From positions 10,831,735 through 10,895,734 of the forward strand of contig JAHRHZ010000047.1 in NCBI GenBank assembly GCA_024137785.1: a DNA stretch of 64,000 nucleotides, written 5' to 3'. Below, piece after piece: positions 62,490 through 64,000 of the stretch. Source of the DNA: Ginglymostoma cirratum (lineage: Eukaryota). A program made the position numbers and the translations under genes. Under the pieces are notes generated by a model. It was not told the DNA's origin, searched no databases, and worked only from the letters and a program-made list of their open reading frames with translations. Every line of letters begins with the position of its first letter. Positions within the stretch are counted from its first letter, which is position 1.

Positions 62490-63260
62490 TCTTGAAATAA
62501 AATAAATTTATTTTCAAAATAAAGAATTATATACAGATATAGAGGTCAAATAATACCAAAACAAAATAAGTATTTTACAGGCAGAATTACTCCCAATTAT
62601 TTTAAAATAATGAATTTTATTTTTAAAAATATAAATCATAATTTAAAGTATTGCTTTGTAGTGGCATGTAGTTAAACTAGTCCATTGAAATCAACTTGAT
62701 AAAAAAGGTATTTTTCTCAATAGGCAGCAGTACAAAAATTATTTTCACAGGTTGCAATGCTTTTGTAAACATCAATGTCAATTCTCTTGATTCACTTGAG
62801 GGATTATTTCTTGTTCTATAGTCGCACAGTTAATGCACCCCAATAACAATATTATTGGGTCAGTTTATCATTTGCCAAGTGGCAAAGCTTTCGATAGTCC
62901 ACTTCCTTTATGTCCAAACAAGTCAAAGACAAAGCGGGTGTCATCTTGGTCATATACTGGTGGTCTCCACATGAGAATGTCCTCAGTTGAAAGGTTTCTT
63001 TTTTAGGAAAGAGAAAATCTCGGTGTTGGTATGATATTGGCATTGCGGAAGAACACTTATTTAAACATTACCTGCAATGTCTAGCTCATTCTGCACTCCA
63101 CAAGGGATAAGTTCTATATTTCTTTGATACTATAAGACAAAGGTAATTTCTATTCTGATTAAACCAAGCATTGCTTTGCCCAAAAGGGTGAAGTATTTAG
63201 TTTAATAATATCTGAACATTTGAACACCTTACCTTGTACAGTAAAGTTTACACATTACAT
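62490..63260 (-). ncRNA. Candidate 3' exons of a CHASERR-like upstream lncRNA
   Basis: Located upstream of CHD2 on the same strand. Minus-strand AATAAA at 62616-62621 and 62507-62512, the latter followed by a GU-rich tract. Plausible 103-nt GT-AG intron at 63130-63232. AAGATG and AATGGA motifs present. Confidence 0.3.
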
Positions 63261-64000
63261 CTGTTTTGGATTTGCATTTACCTCCAGTTATTTCACACGT
63301 CAGTATTACCACATTTTATAGTACTTAAATTCAGAGCAATGCAATAAATTTTGTGCATTAAATCATTTTTCATTCAAAATAGTCACAATTCCAGTAAAGA
63401 GTGGAATAAATAACAACATTTGATGTTGCAGTGTTTTAAATACAAAGAAACCACAATTATCTGTTTTATTCAAACTTAAGTATTTAGGAAGTATTACATT
63501 TCTGTAACGAAAAATAGCATTCAAACTAAACCAAATCAAATTTGAACTCCATCTTAACCTAAACCACTGGGTATCTGCAAAGTCTACATCATACAAATAG
63601 TATACATGTATGCTGCAACATTTTTGCAAAGCACTAACATTTCTGGCCTCAAATGCCAAAAATTCTGGCTTGTTTGGTGAATTTTTAGAATCAGTTCTTG
63701 ATTATCTGTGAAGTTGTTGGGATACAGTATTACTGAAGTAACATTATCAGCTCTATGTCAATGTTGCAATTTAGAAATAATTAACTTTTGATTGAATATT
63801 ATAATGCAAGATTTACCACAAGTCCTATATGCTCTTGCAAAATCTTAAACCATCAGTAGTGATTTGCTTCATGACAGCACCAATCCATATAATGATATAT
63901 TTCCCACAGTTTGCTAATTGCAAACCAGGTGAACTTAATTACAATTGTCAAATTTGCTAAACAAATACAGTATTTTGCTTTACTCTTTCTTTTAGAGAAA

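Noticed and set aside
1-64000. Most ORFs in the six-frame track as independent genes
   Set aside because: They are short, many use non-ATG starts, and they are antisense or off-frame to CHD2 exons, repeat-derived, or of chance length.

Overview
Vertebrate genomic DNA, most likely an elasmobranch (shark), judged from HE1-like SINEs and abundant CR1/HER1-type LINE fragments. The window holds the 5' half of the chromatin remodeller gene CHD2 on the minus strand. I could trace a promoter near 57.9 kb, a uORF-rich exon 1, and coding exons 2-17, all with GT-AG sites and consistent phases (2231 coding nt from the canonical ATG at 56849). These encode the Ser/acidic N-terminus, the double chromodomain and ATPase lobe 1; the gene continues past position 1. 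Introns are filled with CR1, L2 and RTE LINE remnants, tRNA-derived SINEs and fold-back Penelope-like elements. The most interesting signals concern possible dosage control of CHD2: an upstream AUG whose outcome depends on 3' splice-site choice, conserved-looking uORFs, two AG|GT recursive/poison-exon-like sites, a candidate intronic promoter, and a candidate CHASERR lncRNA 3' end upstream. Comparisons to human sequence come from memory and are unverified. Most ORFs in the supplied track are spurious.
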